64,000 bases of DNA from Haliotis cracherodii (Eukaryota). The DNA is taken from positions 17,174,001-17,238,000 of the forward strand of contig NW_027266269.1 of assembly GCF_022045235.1 (NCBI RefSeq), written 5' to 3'. Positions 61,766 to 64,000 of the stretch are shown piece by piece. How positions within the stretch are numbered: the first letter of the stretch is position 1; each line of letters opens with the position of its first letter. The position numbers were made by a program, and so were the translations under genes. The notes beneath the pieces are model-generated. The model was not told the origin of the DNA. It saw only the letters and a list, made by a program, of their open reading frames with translations, and made no database searches.

Positions 61766-64000
61766 AGACCTCACCATGCTATGCATCATATCCCTGTTTA
61801 AGTACAGCACGTCATAGATGGAGGGGAGACAACTCGGTACACACTGATGCCATACTAGGTCCCTGTTCCAGAAAGGCTATCACAGCAGTAAGATAATGGC
61901 AACTCCCATGTCTAACAGACTTATGATAGCTTTGTGGAATGGGACCCTGCATTCATAAGTAGGAAGTTCCTTATCTTATGTTTTTCAGTACCAAATTGTA
62001 TTGAGAGCTTGTATCTTGTAATCTATAAAGATTACAATAGTAAGACTTTGAAACAATGTTGGATTGCGTTTTGTTACGTCTGGAGTAAGGAATGAGGACG
62101 TGGTGTATGCTGTTTGTACCAGATGAAACTTGGGTTATGTTTTGTCCTCAAGCATGATCTTTGCAATGAAATCTGATATTGAAACTCTCAGATGACAGTC
62201 ATACTGAGATAGTGTTTCCTTATTCAACCTCTGTACATGTATTGGATATTTAGTAAGTATGTATCAGAACATATATACATATACTATGAATCGACACATA
62301 TTGAGTAGCTGTTAATAACTATCAACCTCTGATTTGTCTGAGACTTGATCCTATACTTACACCGGTAGCCATCTTAAACACAATCACTTTCGTTGTCTTG
62401 GTGTGATTTAGTATGAAGGAACTTTATGTGTGTCCTCTTTGACATGGACTAAAACTGCTTGTGCCAGTTAATGTAATTTTCATGTTCATAATGATGCCAC
62501 TTTAATTTATTGATTTGTGTAAAAACATTGATGATTGTGTTTATGGATGTCTGCTTGTTAAACCTCATTTAATCTCAAGTGTTGTATTTTCATGAAAGTC
62601 AGGTGAGCTACAGAGATTGTGCTGCTGTATTTGGTGACTTTGGACTGACCTTGGGTCACCATGTCCACACAGTGATCGCGCATCTTACCTTGCCACAGAA
62701 TTCTTACTCAGGGTACAGACTTTTAACCAACAAGTGTACAGTTACTCACCTCCTGAGCAGGCTGTTATCCTAACTCGCCTTCTGTTATTAGCAAAATATT
62801 TATAATGATGTTAATCAGAATCATAATTAAGCACACACACTATTATTTCCAGAAATGGTTTGTAATATTCCAGAAAAATATCAAATATGTGACATTAGTC
62901 TTCATTTATTGTTTTCTACATGTGCATACAATTGTATCACTTGTATTGTTGACATTGTATTGATGCAGTTTCCTGATGTGTGTGCAGGAGGTGCTGCTGT
63001 CTGAGTGGTGTGTGACTCCCTCCACTGCCAGTATGTCTGTGTCACATGCACCACTCCCTGATGAAATCCTGATTAAATACTGCTGTTGAAATGCTGTCTT
63101 TGCTTGCTGTCAGTTGGTAGGTGCTGGGAGGTGCATGTAATTACTCTTCGGGGGAAATACTCCTGCCAGAAACATGTGATGTAATTGTAAGCGATTTATT
63201 TTTAAAGACTCATTCCGGCCTCAAGAGTTTGCATGAACTCTTGTTACGCTTACAAAAATTCAAACGAGGTTCTCCCAGTTTGGGTGGCACTCTGTTTGAT
63301 AGAGGAAGGCTTAAATCCTAAACAAAGGGACAAACTACAAAATTATTCCACATACTGATTTATTACCATTTTCAAGAATTTGCAAATGATATACATTAAT
63401 TTCTAGTTCAGACTCCACTAAATAAAAACCAATGGAAGTATTACCGACCAGTATACATGTGTTACAAATTCCGGCCTACCTTTAGAATACAGTACCACAA
63501 ACTTTTCAAACACGTGATCATACCCTATGACGTAATTTGTTGCCAGTCACACCGGCGAAACAATGCCCTGTGACGTCAGGGGTCATCGAGTGTGCATAAG
63601 CTCCTCCCAGTGATCTATCTTCTCTACACGAAATGTCATTGAATATGCCAAGAGCTGTGGAGAGTTTTGAATATTTGTTTACTGAAATTAGCCTGCGGCG
63701 GCGCATTTTATAGCAAGCGCTAGTTTACGAAAGCACTTTCATTTTTTATTTATTTTTTATTTCGTTTTTCTCGTAATTCAAGTGGCTAAAAGGGTTATAA
63801 ATGGGGGGGATACATATATTATTTTTTCGGTGCATTAATTTTCATTATTATGCAAAAGAATGTAGTTTGTTAGGGATATTTAGTGGTGCTGAACACATCC
63901 AAATGTCGCCAGTGTTAGAGTAGGTTACCCCGAACTCTATCCTTAGCCCTTGGATCCCCTTTACGATAATTCACCCCTTTACGATCATTAGGGTTAGGAA

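Noticed and set aside
63500-64000. CRE-like TGACGTCA/TGACGTAA motifs and the possible start of another repeat at the window end
   Set aside because: No associated gene or second boundary is visible within the window.

Overview
Repeat-rich, intron-containing animal genomic DNA, probably from a marine mollusc (abalone-like SINE families; this is an inference). It has four N-gaps at about 46.0-47.7 kb. Host genes reconstructed by hand from splice sites: (1) the last two coding exons of an unidentified + strand gene (1774-1851, 4707-4751); (2) a - strand PAN/Apple + C-type lectin domain gene (three exons, 10405-12344; 5' exon not located); (3) a 7-coding-exon + strand mitochondrial carrier, SLC25A42-like CoA transporter (44043-57118, about 345 aa). 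The most unusual region is about 19.67-23.25 kb, which looks like the decayed right arm of a Polinton/Maverick-type viral element. It carries the C-terminus of a protein-primed DNA polymerase B, a CCAAT-array promoter, a triple zinc-knuckle ORF split by a MITE, a Lys/Pro-rich ORF, an intronless degenerate BIR (IAP) domain, an inward-facing subterminal promoter and an ...ACTACT terminus. The rest of the window is transposons (Academ, two mariners, a hAT-like element with a 5-bp TSD, several MITE families, a solo-LTR-like insert, a Penelope-like hairpin, four SINE-like families) and many minisatellites, several of which sit next to exons. Most long ORFs in the supplied track are repeat or gap artefacts.
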